From NCBI GenBank assembly GCA_000165425.1, contig CT868363.1:248001-312000 (forward strand): DNA of 64,000 nucleotides, given 5' to 3'. The stretch's first letter is position 1. Each line of letters opens with the position of its first letter. Under the pieces are notes generated by a model. It was not told the DNA's origin. It was given only the letters and a program-made list of their open reading frames with translations, and made no database searches. The stretch is from Paramecium tetraurelia. Its lineage: Eukaryota. Shown piece after piece: positions 12,946 through 26,253 of this stretch. The translations under genes were made by a program, and so were the position numbers.

Positions 12946-13494
12946 ATGGAGGCTTAAATACATTTTCTCTTCAGTTTTAGTTCCTTTGATTATTTAGGTG
13001 TATAATTTATCAAATAGAAATTAAAGTTATCAAAAATATTTGAATTCACTCTTTACAAATGCACTTTGATTCGATTTAATTTTTTCGAGAATGTAAAGTG
13101 TTAAGGTCTTATGCAATCCAGAAATGAAGCTTCACAACAATATAAGGAATAGTTAGAATTAGTAATGACAGAGGATATTAAAGGAATATTGATAGAATAT
13201 AAAAATAATATTAAAAATAATAAAATGAATGACATAAAAAAGCTGTACTGCAGATTTGTAACAGGAATGACTGTTGAATTGGATATCAAACAGGATACAA
13301 GAACTGTATTATAATTGAAGCAACAGCTTGCCGAGATTATTAATTTAACTTCAGATAGGTTATATATTGGATTTGAAACCTCGCTTTTGGAAGATAATGA
13401 TTATCTGAGGGACAAAGGAATAACAGATTGTGATACTGTTCATGTTATCACCTCTTAGTTGACTGAAAAAATTTGTTATAGAAATTAAAAATGA
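12946..13494 (+). CDS. Protein with C-terminal ubiquitin-like domain
   Basis: KLYCRFVTGMTVELDIKQDTRTVLQLKQQLAEIINLTSDRLYIGFETSLLEDNDYLRDKGITDCDTVHVI matches the beta-grasp ubiquitin pattern; no terminal GG; 5' end uncertain. Confidence 0.7.
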
Positions 13495-13701
13495 GATTAT
13501 GATAGTTCATTTAAATATTTTCTATATATTTTGTGTAAATTTTCTTTTTATTGGATTTTGTGTGATGGATAGTTATTCATTCTATATAGGATTTTAAATT
13601 GTGAACTATCATCATTTTGCAGTATGTATCAGATATTAAATTCTCTTAATGAATATTAAAAAATTATCGATCAATAATTTACATATATATAAAAATTATA
13701 G

Positions 13702-16299
13702 ATGGATCTAAAGGATTAAAATTTTCAATCAGAAACTAATTTAGAAATATCTACCAATAATCTCTATAATTACGAAATATTTAAAAGAATAACATGGTTT
13801 TTAAGCCTAAAAGATGTATTAGCTTTGGGAGCAACTTCTCGTATTTTAAATGAATTTGTCGAAGTTTCATATTTAATATTTATAGATAGAAACATTATTA
13901 ATTCTTTGCAGAGAATTACTATAAATAATTTCTCAAAGATTAACTGGAAATAGCTCTTGAAATTTATTATCCTGATATTATTTAGAGAGATCAAATTCGT
14001 TAAACTAATTTTGAGAAATGTTTTTTTGATTGGAAACTCCAGTTTAAACAAATGTTACAACAGAAGTAAGATATAAAATACATTGATGTAGAAAAGCATT
14101 GAAAATTCCATTTTTACTTTGTGAATCAGTATTTCCAAAACCCATTTTAAAAAGAGAAACAATAGGATTATATTGCGAATCAGAATTCTAAATAATGCTT
14201 GCTTAGCGTTTGGAATGGGAATAAAAGGGGTTCGAAAGTCTGTTTGAGTTTTAAATGATATCAAATGAGGTATTCAAAATATGATTTAAATTAAAGCTAA
14301 TGAACTAATTAAAATAAAACAAACAATAAATTATAGATTCAATGGGTGAAAAATTAGATAAAAATGAGGTACTTAAATCAAGATTTTTAAAATTCAGATG
14401 GAATTTATAAAGTGAACCTTTCGAATTTGAATAATTGCCTCTATTTAAAGTAGAGTCTAAAAATATATAAACGGAAGAACAGGAAGAAGAAGTGTAATTT
14501 GATTAAATTTGCATAATTGATCTTTTAGAATAATTGTATTGTTCAGTCGAATGCTATCTGTAGGGATTATATATGTATTTTTCTACATTCATCACCATTA
14601 ATTCAACAAATAGTGTAGACCTATTGAGTGAATACGTCATGTATTGGGAAGCATATAGTAATTCCATTATAGAGTTAAATAGCATAATGTATCCTTTGGA
14701 AAACATTGTGAATGAATTGCATAAAAAATACTTTCCTCAATATCCCCAATATCCTAAATTTTCCATTTGGAGAATAATGAGCTAATTATGGATCAAATAT
14801 GTAATATTGATATTAATTAAAGATAATTAGAAATGAATAATTTTAATAGCTTCTCCTTGAATGCTTCGTAAGAACATTGCAAGCAGAAAGATAGTCTAAG
14901 TTTCTTAAAGAATTTGATTAAGGTGTCAATTAAGACCTAGGTTTCGCTCCTTCCTTTTAGATAACTTACGAAATTTATGATAATTTTTTACTCAAACAAA
15001 AGAACAGCATAAAGGATTAATTTCAGATTGAATCATCTCATAAATTTTATACAGAGATAGTGGATTTACTTAGAAATTTTAATAAATCAATTTAAGATCT
15101 CTCTATAAATGAAGTATTCTATGTAATAATATATAATTAGGTCTCTGTCCATTGGATTGGACATCTAGATTGTTGTTATGAAGAATTTTATGAATAGTTA
15201 AGCGAGAGAGTTTAACAAGAGACAAGTTTGTATTATGATGAAACTAAATAAGTTTTTGGATCTAATGTAGCTTCTTTTATAGAATTCATGAGATTTGATA
15301 AAGAGTAAAATAGATATTCATCATTATTTTAGTTTTGTATCACAATTTTTACCAGAGCCTTTAATTTTTAAAATTGAAAACTTACAGCATGAACACATCT
15401 ACACTTATTTATATTATTATTTAGAGCACTCTTATCTTTAAAGGTTTATTTAAATTCATAAAGATTAAATTGCTGTTGCATTTAGTAAACAAAAATCAAT
15501 CACTCCAAATCAAGAAAGAACATCCATCGCATCATCAAATTATAACGAAAATTTAGATACTTAATCTGATGCAACATTAAATGATGCTTAAAAATTTTTC
15601 AATTTTGCCTTAGAAAATAGTAATTTTGATATAGATGAACTTTTGATTAGGAAAAAAAATTAAAATCAAGAACCCTTATTTGAAGTGATAAAAGTAGCTC
15701 TCTCTCAGAGGAATCTTGAATAATAAATAGCAGAACATGATCAATTTGATTAATTTTAAACTCAAGATTAATTTGAATTTTATAGACCAACAACAATCCA
15801 GAGAGCATACTCAAATAATAAATGTAAACTTAAATTAAATAGTTTTAGTAAACTGTGATTCAGCAGATGTTCCAGAGGAGATAATTAAAACTGCTAAATA
15901 ATTTCTATTAAATGATTCTGAATTTTCCAAACTTTATTAGATTTTCATTGATTATACAAAGCAATTTGATAGAAGCTGGATCTAAGTAATTTAAAAAAAT
16001 CAAGATATTGAGTTATTAAATAATGAAAGAGAAATTCCAAGGGTAATATACTCATCTTAATCTTTTAGGTTCTACAAGATTACCTTTAATACTTTTATTA
16101 TGTATCCAAAGATTTAACAAAAACTATACTAGAGGACAATAAAGTTGTAAATGATGAAGATCTAGATGATTTTGAAATGATCCCTAGCCTCTCAAAAAAT
16201 TCATCAAAATTTAAAAGTATTAAACTAATTTAATATTTAGAAAACTCTGTCTGCATGGAGGTTTATTACTCAGAAGAGGAAGATGAGAATTAAGGATGA
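13702..16299 (+). CDS. F-box + cullin-repeat-like protein
   Basis: N-terminal YEIFKRITWFLSLKDVLALGATSRILNEFV (F-box); central LLSEYVMYWEAY..SIWRIMSQLW..LQAER..QETSLYY (cullin repeats); 9 tiny introns. Confidence 0.75.
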
Positions 16300-16568
16300 A
16301 TTCCAATAACAAATTAGTAATATTGAATCTATTAATGTAATTTTACCAATCCATTTTCTCTTTTTAAAATAATAAATTAATTAGTTAGGAGATTTAAATA
16401 AATATATTTAAGTAATCAACAATATAATTTCAACAACTTTAAATTTCTTATTTCTGAAACAAATCAATATATATGCTAAAAATAGAAAATTTTCATAATA
16501 TTGAATACTAATTATAAAAAACTAATTAACAATTCAATATCTTAAATATAAATACAGATTATTTCGAA

Positions 16569-18183
16569 TCAACATATTCCTAGTTTTATTTATTTTAACA
16601 TTTTTTTGCCGAATTCTGACCGTTCATTTTGTATAAAATTAAATTAATTTCTAAACTCATCAAATTCTAATTCAGGATCATTCTCATTGTATGCAAAGGA
16701 TTCCCAAATTTTACACATTTCACACTTTCTTCCTTAACTTTCAGTTAGGATTTATGAAAAACTTAAAAGTTTATTTTGTAAATTAGACAGAGCATCTTAT
16801 TTTTAAGATTTTGTATGAATCATTTTAAATATTTCACTATTGATGTTATTACCTTGGGATAGTGTATATTGTTTAATAATCGAAATAAATTATTTTAAAG
16901 GTTTGAAAACCACTAATAGCACAATAATCTAAAGAGCTATAGCTATAACTCCTAAAAATATTTAGGTAAAAAATGAATATGTAAAATGAATGAAAGATTT
17001 ATCTCTTATGACTTGTGATTGACTCTGATAATCTATTTTCGTAGTTATATTAGTATATCTTTTATAATTAATATTAATTACACAACTAATGTGAAATTAT
17101 TCTTTAACACTTCAAGAGAGTAAATGTTTACTTTCTCCTTTTATAACTTATTTTCTAAAACCAAAATTACTTTGTCCCTTTAATTAGAAAATTAAATCAT
17201 TTCCTCCCAATCAGTTTGATTAAATCCAGTAATATTTTAATCGTATATATAAAAATAGTTCGTTTTATTGATTAATTATTCCATGTTAAAATAGACTACC
17301 AAACCATCCTAATCTAATAATAGCACATTATAAGGAACAGTAGGTATCAATTGGTTACTAACTAATAGTCCTTCTTTGATAATTCCGAACATTTTGTTAT
17401 CTTTGTATAATGAATTTGTAATTGACATCTCTTTTATTTGAGATGCAAAGGCATCATTAAGAGGTGAGAAAACAAAACCAGTATTTGAATCGGCTTCAGT
17501 TTTATCGATGTGATTTTTGTACCTTCAATATATAAATTTTATATACCAAAATCTTGTAGTAATATCATAGGCAGGTACTAATAGAGCTGAAGGAAATTGA
17601 GCAAAATACTTTGTCGAAGAAATTGATGCTATTTGGAGCTTACCAGTGAACGGAACATTTATAACTAAGCTATAGTGATTGAGAAATGAAATAAAATCGT
17701 TGAGAATGAAGACTTCTTCTTCATTTTACGGCAGCGTAGTATAATCAGGAACTCCTATAGCATAGTAGCAGAATCTTTGTGATTAGATTAACCTCTTATC
17801 ATTCAAAAATTCTTGTACCGATACGCAAGAATTCAATTTTTAATTATTCGCTATATTTTGTTTCTCATTCTCAAAAAAACTATAAAAGTTCTTTATTGAC
17901 TCTATTTATTTTAGAACTAATAATTATATTTATTGGAACCTGTTACAAATTTGAATTCAACAATTATTGCAATATTTTAAGCTATAAAACCAATCTAATC
18001 TTAATCCTATGATTAAAGTATTTGATTTAACGAACTTGAAGAAATTACTGAAAATATTTCTGTTTAAACATAATAATTAATCCAACTAAGTGATAGCACA
18101 GCAAGAAGCGTCATCATATTAAATAATATGATTTGACTTTTCATTGTCAATGATTTAAACTTTTAGGCAATTTTTGCAAACAT
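16569..18183 (-). CDS. Two-TM membrane protein with extracellular Cache-like domain
   Basis: N-terminal TM; YDITTRFWYK..FVFSPL..MFGII..VLLLDQDGLVVY (dCache-like motifs); second TM IFLGVIAIALQIIVLLVVFKPL; 3 introns. Confidence 0.65.
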
Positions 18184-19049
18184 GGTAGTAATTGGTGGTT
18201 TATTAATTAATATATAAATAAATATTTAATAATCAAATTATCTACGATTATTATCCTCTAAAATTACTTCTCTAAATATATCAAAATCTTCTTCTAAGAA
18301 AATATTTTTATAGGCACAAAATGAATAACAATAATATAATGAGTTGAAAATTATGGTGTAATGGGTCATAGATTTTTGAAATAATGCATTATTTTAATAA
18401 ATTATAATTAAAATTATTCCTTTGAAAAATAATAATGTTCAAAAATTCATTTTATAATAATGTCTATATTTTTATTCAAATTTCATTTCTATGAACAAAT
18501 TATTAAAGAAGAAAAATTTAGTGTATGGATTAGCGCCCTGTGTATATAGAACTGTAAATCAAGCATTTATATATTAAAGTACAAAACATTAACAAATATA
18601 TTATTAAACATATTATTAATAAATATATTATTAATTAATAATTTCGTAGAATGTATTGATAATTATTGAGTTTGAGTTCATACTAAAGAAGAATCAGATA
18701 CAAATCACATTATATAGCCATTTTACTAAAATGTTAATTTTTATAAATAGACTGTCTTAAAATTATGGACTTCAAAAAGGTTTCCAATAATCCCTTTGAA
18801 TGATCCCAACTTTATTAATTAATTTGTAATAATAAATGATAAATTTGAAAGTCTTTTCAATAATCTTCTAGCTAGGAGATTGAGAATGAAATAGCTTTTT
18901 GATGTAGATTTATCAAACTAGGGTTGAATAATTCCAATCTTTTAAAGTTCAAATAATTTAATACTACATATGAAATAAAAGGTTTTCTAGGAAAATTCTT
19001 AAGAATACAAAATTTTTTAATTATATGATATTGTCTACTAATTATATAA

Positions 19050-20104
19050 TCATAATGAAACCAATTACAAACCAACTTAAGAAATATATTAGTTAGAAAA
19101 TTTCTCCACTTGGGTCTTCGTGTCTTTAAGAATCTAATTTAAGGTTACCAATGATTCTATTTGCAATGAAAAAACTTAAGCAAATATTAGCTTCATTGAG
19201 CTTCCCTTTGGTAATGGAGTGGAATCAACTTTTTATTATTTTTGTAATTTATTCATATGAACAAAAAATTCTAATGGAGGTGCTTACTTGTTTATCAAAT
19301 ATTGTGTAATTTCTGATAGTTGGAATATGAAATGCTTGGTATCCTCTATTTTATTTTTTGTTTCTTAACTTTTGGTATAAAAAATTTCAAATTATTCCTG
19401 TAATTCTCTTAACCATTTAGCATCTTCTTTTTTTTATTGTTTCAATTATTCATTTTCTAAAATTAGAGTCTGCATAGTGGACTCCATCTCTTTTAATCTA
19501 AAGTCGTTATTTTAATTTTTTTCTAGACTTTATTCTAAAAATTTAATTTATTCCTAGAGTGCTTGTTCCACATTCATGGCATTTTTCTTACCAATTTCTA
19601 ATTCTTTAGTGATGCGATTAATCGTGCTCTAATACTATTAAATCATAAGATCCTTTTCTTTTTTTAATGCATTGATTGTCTTATCTAATTGATCGATCTA
19701 CTTTTCTTTTGAATTCATCTTTTCTTTCAAAGCAGCGTTTTCCATTCTTATTCTAGTTAAGTCATCTCGATTAGGACTAACTGAAGCAATCTGATCAATA
19801 TGTGATTGTTTAACAGATATCGGAGAAGACTTGAAGGTCATATAGTATTCTTACCGAATCGATAAGACGAGAGAGCTCAGATTTATTGGGAACTACAGAA
19901 TTCTATTTTGTTGATTTTCTAGTACTTACATAACTCCTTTCAATGCTACTGCTTTTAAAATTACTATTCCCGTAAAGTACAGTCTATTTATTTTGAATCC
20001 AATACTAATGCATAAATATCTCTGGCTTAAGCAGATAGCTTTTGGCTATGTTAATCAAGTTTTTGTTAATTTTTCTCAATTACTTTAATCAGATCAATAT
20101 TCAT
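19050..20104 (-). CDS. Hypothetical coiled-coil protein
   Basis: Open frame after two introns; heptad-rich RIRMENAALKEKMNSKEKQIDQLDKTINALKKEK. Confidence 0.75.
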
Positions 20105-20364
20105 TAATTATATAATTAAAATGAGTCATAAAATCAAGAATCCAATAGGTTTCAGAGAGGCTGTAAAGAAAATGTTTGTGAATGATGGAATAGACAATTT
20201 TATGAAGTCTAAAATCACACATTCATCCACTAAAGTATTTTTTCTTTGACAATAAATCTAATAAAAGTACTGAAATACTTAAATAATATGATGGTTAAGT
20301 TAAATTGGAGTTGAAGCCGAAATCAAAAAGATTGGATTTTAAATGAAATTATTTATTATTTATA

Positions 20365-22996
20365 ATGGAATAATACCTATAATACATTCAAACCTAAAAC
20401 AAAGATGTATTGACAAAAATATAATATAAATTCTTATCAGATGAAGCAATAACTAGTGGATCGGATTATGATTTAGCAGGCAAGCCTTTAGAGGGATATA
20501 GAATTAAAGAAAGGCGACGCTTCGGCCAAAATTATTATAAGAGAAGATTATTATCGACAAAGAATGCAGTAAAGAGAAAGTTTAGTTTTAACTGGAAACG
20601 CATTGCTAATAAATTTAGAAGATTATATAGAAAAGCAAAATCAGCAGTTACTTTAAAATAGCCCTATACTTTTAGCCCAAATAGTTCAATGAAAATGTTA
20701 TGGGATCTATTATGCTTGCTATTAGTAATTTACGAAATGATAACAGTCCCTTTGATTATAGGTTTTGAGATTGAAATAAGTTAATTATTTTCAAGAATAA
20801 GTTCGACTATATTTATGTTTGATATCCTAGTCAATTTTAACACAGGTGTATTTTTGGAGGGCAAATTAAATATGAATAGAAAAGACATATTAAAGGAATA
20901 TATGAGATTTTGGTTTTGGCTTGATTTTGTTTCAGCATTCCCTTATGATATAATAATGGATGAATCTTCCTCATTAGTTCATAGTGCAAAATTAATACGA
21001 TTACTGAAATTTTTGAGATTTGTTAAAGTTTTAAAATTAATAAGGTTAGCAAAGTTAAAAAAAATAATTGACAAATTTGATGAATTATTATCAATGAGAC
21101 CTCGTGTAGCAGCAATCATCAATTTTTGTAAGTTATTTTTCTTTGTGTTATATTTTGCTCATGTACTTGGTTGTATATTCCATTATATAGCATACTAAGA
21201 GTCAAGTGATCATTCTTGGCTTGGAGATATTTATTTTTCCGATTGGACTGTTAGGTATGTAAATTCTTTGTATTGGGGAATAGCAACAATGACTACTGTA
21301 GGTTATGGTGATATAAGTCCATAAACACCTCAAGAAAGATTTATTGGAATTCTCCTTCTATTAATAGCATGTGGAGGCTTTGCTTTTACAATGAATTCTA
21401 TAGGATTTGCGCTCTAAGAAATTGATGGACAAAATAAATTGAAAAAAGAAAAAATTAAGGGTGCAAATAAGTTGATGAAAAAAGTCGGCATTTCCAATCA
21501 CTTATAGAATAGAATTAGAAGATATATTCATTTCGTAATGGATTCTAAATCCTTAGTTTTATAGGATATAACTAATTAAGTTTAAAATGACTTAGCTCAT
21601 AATTTAAGGAAATGCATCAATGGAAAATTACTTGGATATTGCAATATCTTATTGAAGAATACATCTTAATAATTTCTAATTGAGATTGTCATGCCAAATA
21701 TGAAAGAAAGAATTTATAATCCGGAGGAAGTTATTTTTGATGAATTTGATTTTTAATAGAACTATGATATTTTCATAATAAAATTTGGATTAGTGGATAT
21801 TTTTTTTAAAAAAACTGGTGTAGTGATTGATCAAAAGAGAAAAAATCAATATTTTGGGGAAATCAGCTTTTATTCAAATTTGCCCAGATCTGCTAGCGCG
21901 AGAAGTGCTAATTTCTCAAGCGTATTTCGAATTTTTTAAAGCCAGTTTTAGAAGAGTTTAAAAGAATTTCAATATTCTTCATAAGCTTCAACTTGTCCAA
22001 ATTTAGATTTAGAGCAGTACTACTCGATAAGGAATAAGATAGTCTTTCATAAGGATTATGGATCTATTGGTGTTCGTTGTTATGTATGTTCAATGGATGA
22101 TCATATTTCGAGAGATTGTGAAAAATTACATTTTAATGTGTAAAATTAAGTTTTATCTTAGATCAGCTACACATTATATTAAATTCCTAAAATTATTTGA
22201 TAAATTACATTAATCAGCATACTTTCGAAGAGATAGAATTGATTTTAATGCAAGAAAATGTATCTCATAAATAAAATAAGCATAAAAAAGATTTGAAACT
22301 TCAAAATTAATCAATCTAAAATTTAAAAGAAAGAATTATCTAGAGGATCTTCTTAATAGTTATAATTTAATTGAAGAGGAAATGTAAGAAAATTAAAATC
22401 CTGAGTATCAAATTTGTAATCTCAAGCGGAAAAGTAAAATAAAGAGTATAAGAAATTTGAATGGTAAATTGACAAAAAAGTATACTCGTATGATTACTTA
22501 CACATCAATAAGCGAAAAATATATAGAAGGCTTCTCATAGAAACTAAATGATTTATTGTTAAAGGCAAGAAAAAAAGAGATGGAGGAAAAATTCAAATAA
22601 CTTTAATTCAGTTCTATTTCCAATTTTGATTAAATTTAAGAATTTACTCACTTTCAACCAGAAGGAAATTTTTCAATAGTTATGTCCTAATATTTAATCG
22701 CCTAAGAAAAAGGGTTTCCAAAATTAATGGATGTTGACACTTTATTTGGCATTGAGGAATTTTAGAATTATTCGTAGCATTACTATTAGTATTTAGAAAT
22801 TGATACAGAAATTAAAAATAGGAAAAATTTTGTCGAGATGAATTTTGAGTAATTGAGGTTGCTAAATATGAATAGAAGAGAGAAAAAAAAAGAAAAAGTA
22901 ATAAAGGAAGCAAATTAATAGATAAAAAAATCACTTATTTAATTAAAAGTCTATTAAGCAATGAATCTTAGTTTCAGAAATCTATTTGTTAATTGA
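20365..22996 (+). CDS. Voltage-gated cyclic-nucleotide-binding-domain K+ channel (EAG/HCN-like)
   Basis: S4 RLLKFLRFVKVLKLIRLAKL; pore TMTTVGYGDISP; CNBD YFGEISF..PRSASARS; zinc knuckle CYVC...H...C; intron 22140-22161. Confidence 0.95.
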
Positions 22997-23425
22997 TGTT
23001 TAAGTTAAATAACTTTTATATTAATTTACTTTTTGATATAAATTTAATATATTAATTGAAGTTATCTCTATAATTTTAGTGTTTTTTGTATCATAATAAT
23101 ATAGTTTACTGCATTTAATTTGAATTATTTTCCTTTACTTATATTTTGATATCATCTACCTATTAGGCTGTATCTCTTAATTTTGATGAAACCTTAATAC
23201 AAGGATCATAAACACAAATTTTTCTTTAATTCTTTAGAATTTATAAATGAGAAATATCTATTATAACATTTGTTACTTGAGGATAATAGGAACTTAATGT
23301 TGTAATTGAATTATATTATTTAAACCGGAAACTAAGTAACTAATTATTTAAGTGTATTGAACCAATATTAGGCCATAAGATTAAATAATAAAATTATAGT
23401 TATTTTGATTTTGGAATTGATAATT

Positions 23426-24328
23426 TCAATTAATTTTAGTACTCCTTGTCAATTAATTAGAGTAAAAGTTCTTAGATTTTTGTTGTCTTGAATTTTAATT
23501 CAAACGTTAGCTTTAATATTCTATAACTTGAGGTGGTTATTCGTAAGACTAGTTTTCATCTGAATCTATTCCTATTGGATTATCACATATCTCTACCTAA
23601 ATTTGTACTAATTTCGTGACTATCTAACATGTCATTCATCTCTCTTATAAAGAGACTAACAGAATCTTCAGTGCCCATAATACGATCTTACATGTCTTGA
23701 TTTTCGACTTCTAAATTTCGTAACTTGATATACTCAATAAATACTTTAGAATCTAGAGTTTTATTTGAAGAATTCTTTCTTAATTCATTTTCAAGCTAAG
23801 TTAGGATTAATTCCTTCTGTTTTAATTTAGATAATATTTCTTATTCTTTTAATTTCTAATTGGTAATATTTTCTGTAATTTCTTGTTCTTTGATTTAGAG
23901 ATTTTTAATTTCAGCATCCTTTGAGGCAATGACTTACAAAAATGATCTTCTGATTTTATCATTTTTATATTTTGGAAATAATAGGCGAACTTTTAAGAAG
24001 GCATGATGCAAATTCCTTTTTTATCTTTTTTGAATAATTAATCCAACTTATTGATATTTCAATGCTATTTAAGTAAATAACACTTTAAAATGATTAACAC
24101 TATAGCTGCTAGTTTACTTAAGTTTCCTAAAGGCAAAAGATTTTTATGAGTTCCCTCTACAATAAACAGTTAGTATTACTTTAATTTTAGTATTAGTGCT
24201 ACCTTCCTCATAGAGATTTCCATCTTTAAAAATATTAACTAGTATTTAGCCATCATATTCAAAGTTTCAGCATGTATGACTTACTCTCTATACTTACTTT
24301 ATTAGGCTTCTTTTTCATCTGGTAACAT
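23426..24328 (-). CDS. Hypothetical coiled-coil protein
   Basis: Three tiny introns give a continuous frame MLPDEKEA...RSTKIN*. Confidence 0.7.
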
Positions 24329-24597
24329 TAATTATAATTTATAATTAAAATATATGATTTAAAAATTGCATGAAATCATAATCACATGTTATCGACGCCA
24401 TTGTAAAATCACTTTAGAAAGACATCATCAACCAAAATATTTGTTTTTAGTATTATGATGTTTTCAAATTTCACTTCATAATATAAATATATATTGGTTT
24501 TTTATAAAATAGCATATTTGTTATAAGTATTTAAGAGTTGTTATATAAATATTTACTATTGATAACTTTAATTTTAATTAAAAAAAATAAAAGATAA

Positions 24598-25252
24598 ATG
24601 AGTGCATAGGTTTTATTTCGTGTGGTATGCCAAACTTAAATTTCATAATCGGTATACATTGTTGGAAACAACTCAGCTTTAGGGGATTGGAATCCCTAGA
24701 ATGGATTTAAATTAATTACTAATTCAGAGCAGTACCCTCTGTGGATAGGCGAAAAGCCTTTGGAAGTTGAGCCAAGTAATAAAATGCTCGGCATTTTTAG
24801 ATTTAATTATGGAATTCAAAATAGTTATATGTGATGGAAAGAATTCCCAATGGGAGATAGGTGCCAACAGATTGATATAAATTTTAAGCCAATAGGTGAT
24901 TGTAATTTTAACCTTTAATTCACCGCCCATTATAATCCATAACATCAGAAGACTATTCTCAAATAATGATTTAACAAATATTACTGAGTGTATTTAAAAA
25001 TAATTTATCTTTAGCCACTGCAAGAAAGGTTTCAATACATCTAAAAGAGAAATTATATGATTCAGATGAGGACTCAGTAATATTTTAAATCATATTGGTT
25101 AGGATCAGGAAATAGAAAGTGAAGAGAATTCTTAGTTTTATGATGAAGAAACTTCTTTGGTTTCGAATGAATAGGTCTAGAGTAGTCCAAAAAAGGAATC
25201 AAATGAGCCAGATTGTCAAGTTAACTTGGAATCTAGAAGTTTTGATCTTTGA
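24598..25252 (+). CDS. CBM20 (starch/glycogen-binding) domain protein, paralog 1
   Basis: VLFRVVCQT..SVYIVGNNSALGDWNPQNGFKL..YPLW..EFKIVI..QWEIGANR; acidic Ser-rich tail. Confidence 0.88.
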
Positions 25253-25455
25253 TACTCTCTTTATATGAATATATTTAGTAATCTAATAAAAAATCCAATA
25301 AACTTATATTTTAGAAATTTCCAAGAATATAGATATAGAAAATTCTAAATTAAACTAACATTCCCAATTTATGAAACATTTTATAAATGGCAATATAATT
25401 TTAATTAATTTCCAATCTTTTTTTGCAATTTAAATTAATTTATTAGCTAACCTAT

Positions 25456-26108
25456 ATGCCAATACAGGTGTACTTTAAAGTCAGATGCGATACGCATTCA
25501 TCGCAGGAACTAAGAATTGTGGGAGATATTCCAGCTTTGGGCATGTGGAATCCATATAATAGTCTGACTTTGCATACCAATAGAGAAATATATCCATTTT
25601 GGGTAGGATAAATTTATGAGGACCTAGAATAAAGTACAATTGAATAAAAATTGTAGATACTCTGATTCAATTTAAAGCAGTTATTATTGAAAGTGATGAG
25701 ATTATTTGGGAATAGAGTGAAAACAGGGCTATTTAAATCAGATACTAATCGTAGAGTGTCTTATTTACTTTTAGTGGCACGTTCACATAGATGGTGAAAA
25801 TCCAATCATATCTAGATTAGCCATCGGATTCCGAATCAGAATCAATTGATATTAGTATATTGTTTTATATTTATAAATGTTAGAGGGAGCAAGGAAAATC
25901 TATCTCTAGACATCTAAACATCCATATGATTATGAATTCGTGAGTTCTGTAAAAAACCAAGTTTAATTAGGACTCTGGAAGAGACAAGAGTGATTAATAG
26001 AGTTCTCATAAATCAAGTTTGAATTCGAAGTCATCGAGCTTGGAATAATTGGACAACTAAGAAACCACTTAAGAAAAAATTGTTTAAATTTCGAGTTTTA
26101 GATTCTGA
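25456..26108 (+). CDS. CBM20 domain protein, paralog 2
   Basis: VYFKVRCDT..LRIVGDIPALGMWNP..YPFW..QFKAVI..WEQSENR; first intron at the same position as in paralog 1. Confidence 0.88.
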
Positions 26109-26253
26109 TTATTGCATTAATGTTATTTTTCATCTGTTCCTCTCACATTTTCAATTAAACTATTTATATTCTTATTTAAGTTAACCAATAAATGTCTCCA
26201 CATTTGAGATAAAATGAATAATTTGCAAATTTTTTAACATCAAAACATATATG

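Noticed and set aside
13860..14125. Apparent double frameshift in the F-box gene
   Set aside because: Two 26-nt GT..AG introns (13864-13889 and 14066-14091) restore a continuous frame
18585..18645. ATATTATTAA-like short repeats
   Set aside because: Low-complexity AT sequence expected at this base composition
24365..24435. Possible box C/D snoRNA on the minus strand (TGATGA)
   Set aside because: No properly placed CTGA box D or terminal stem
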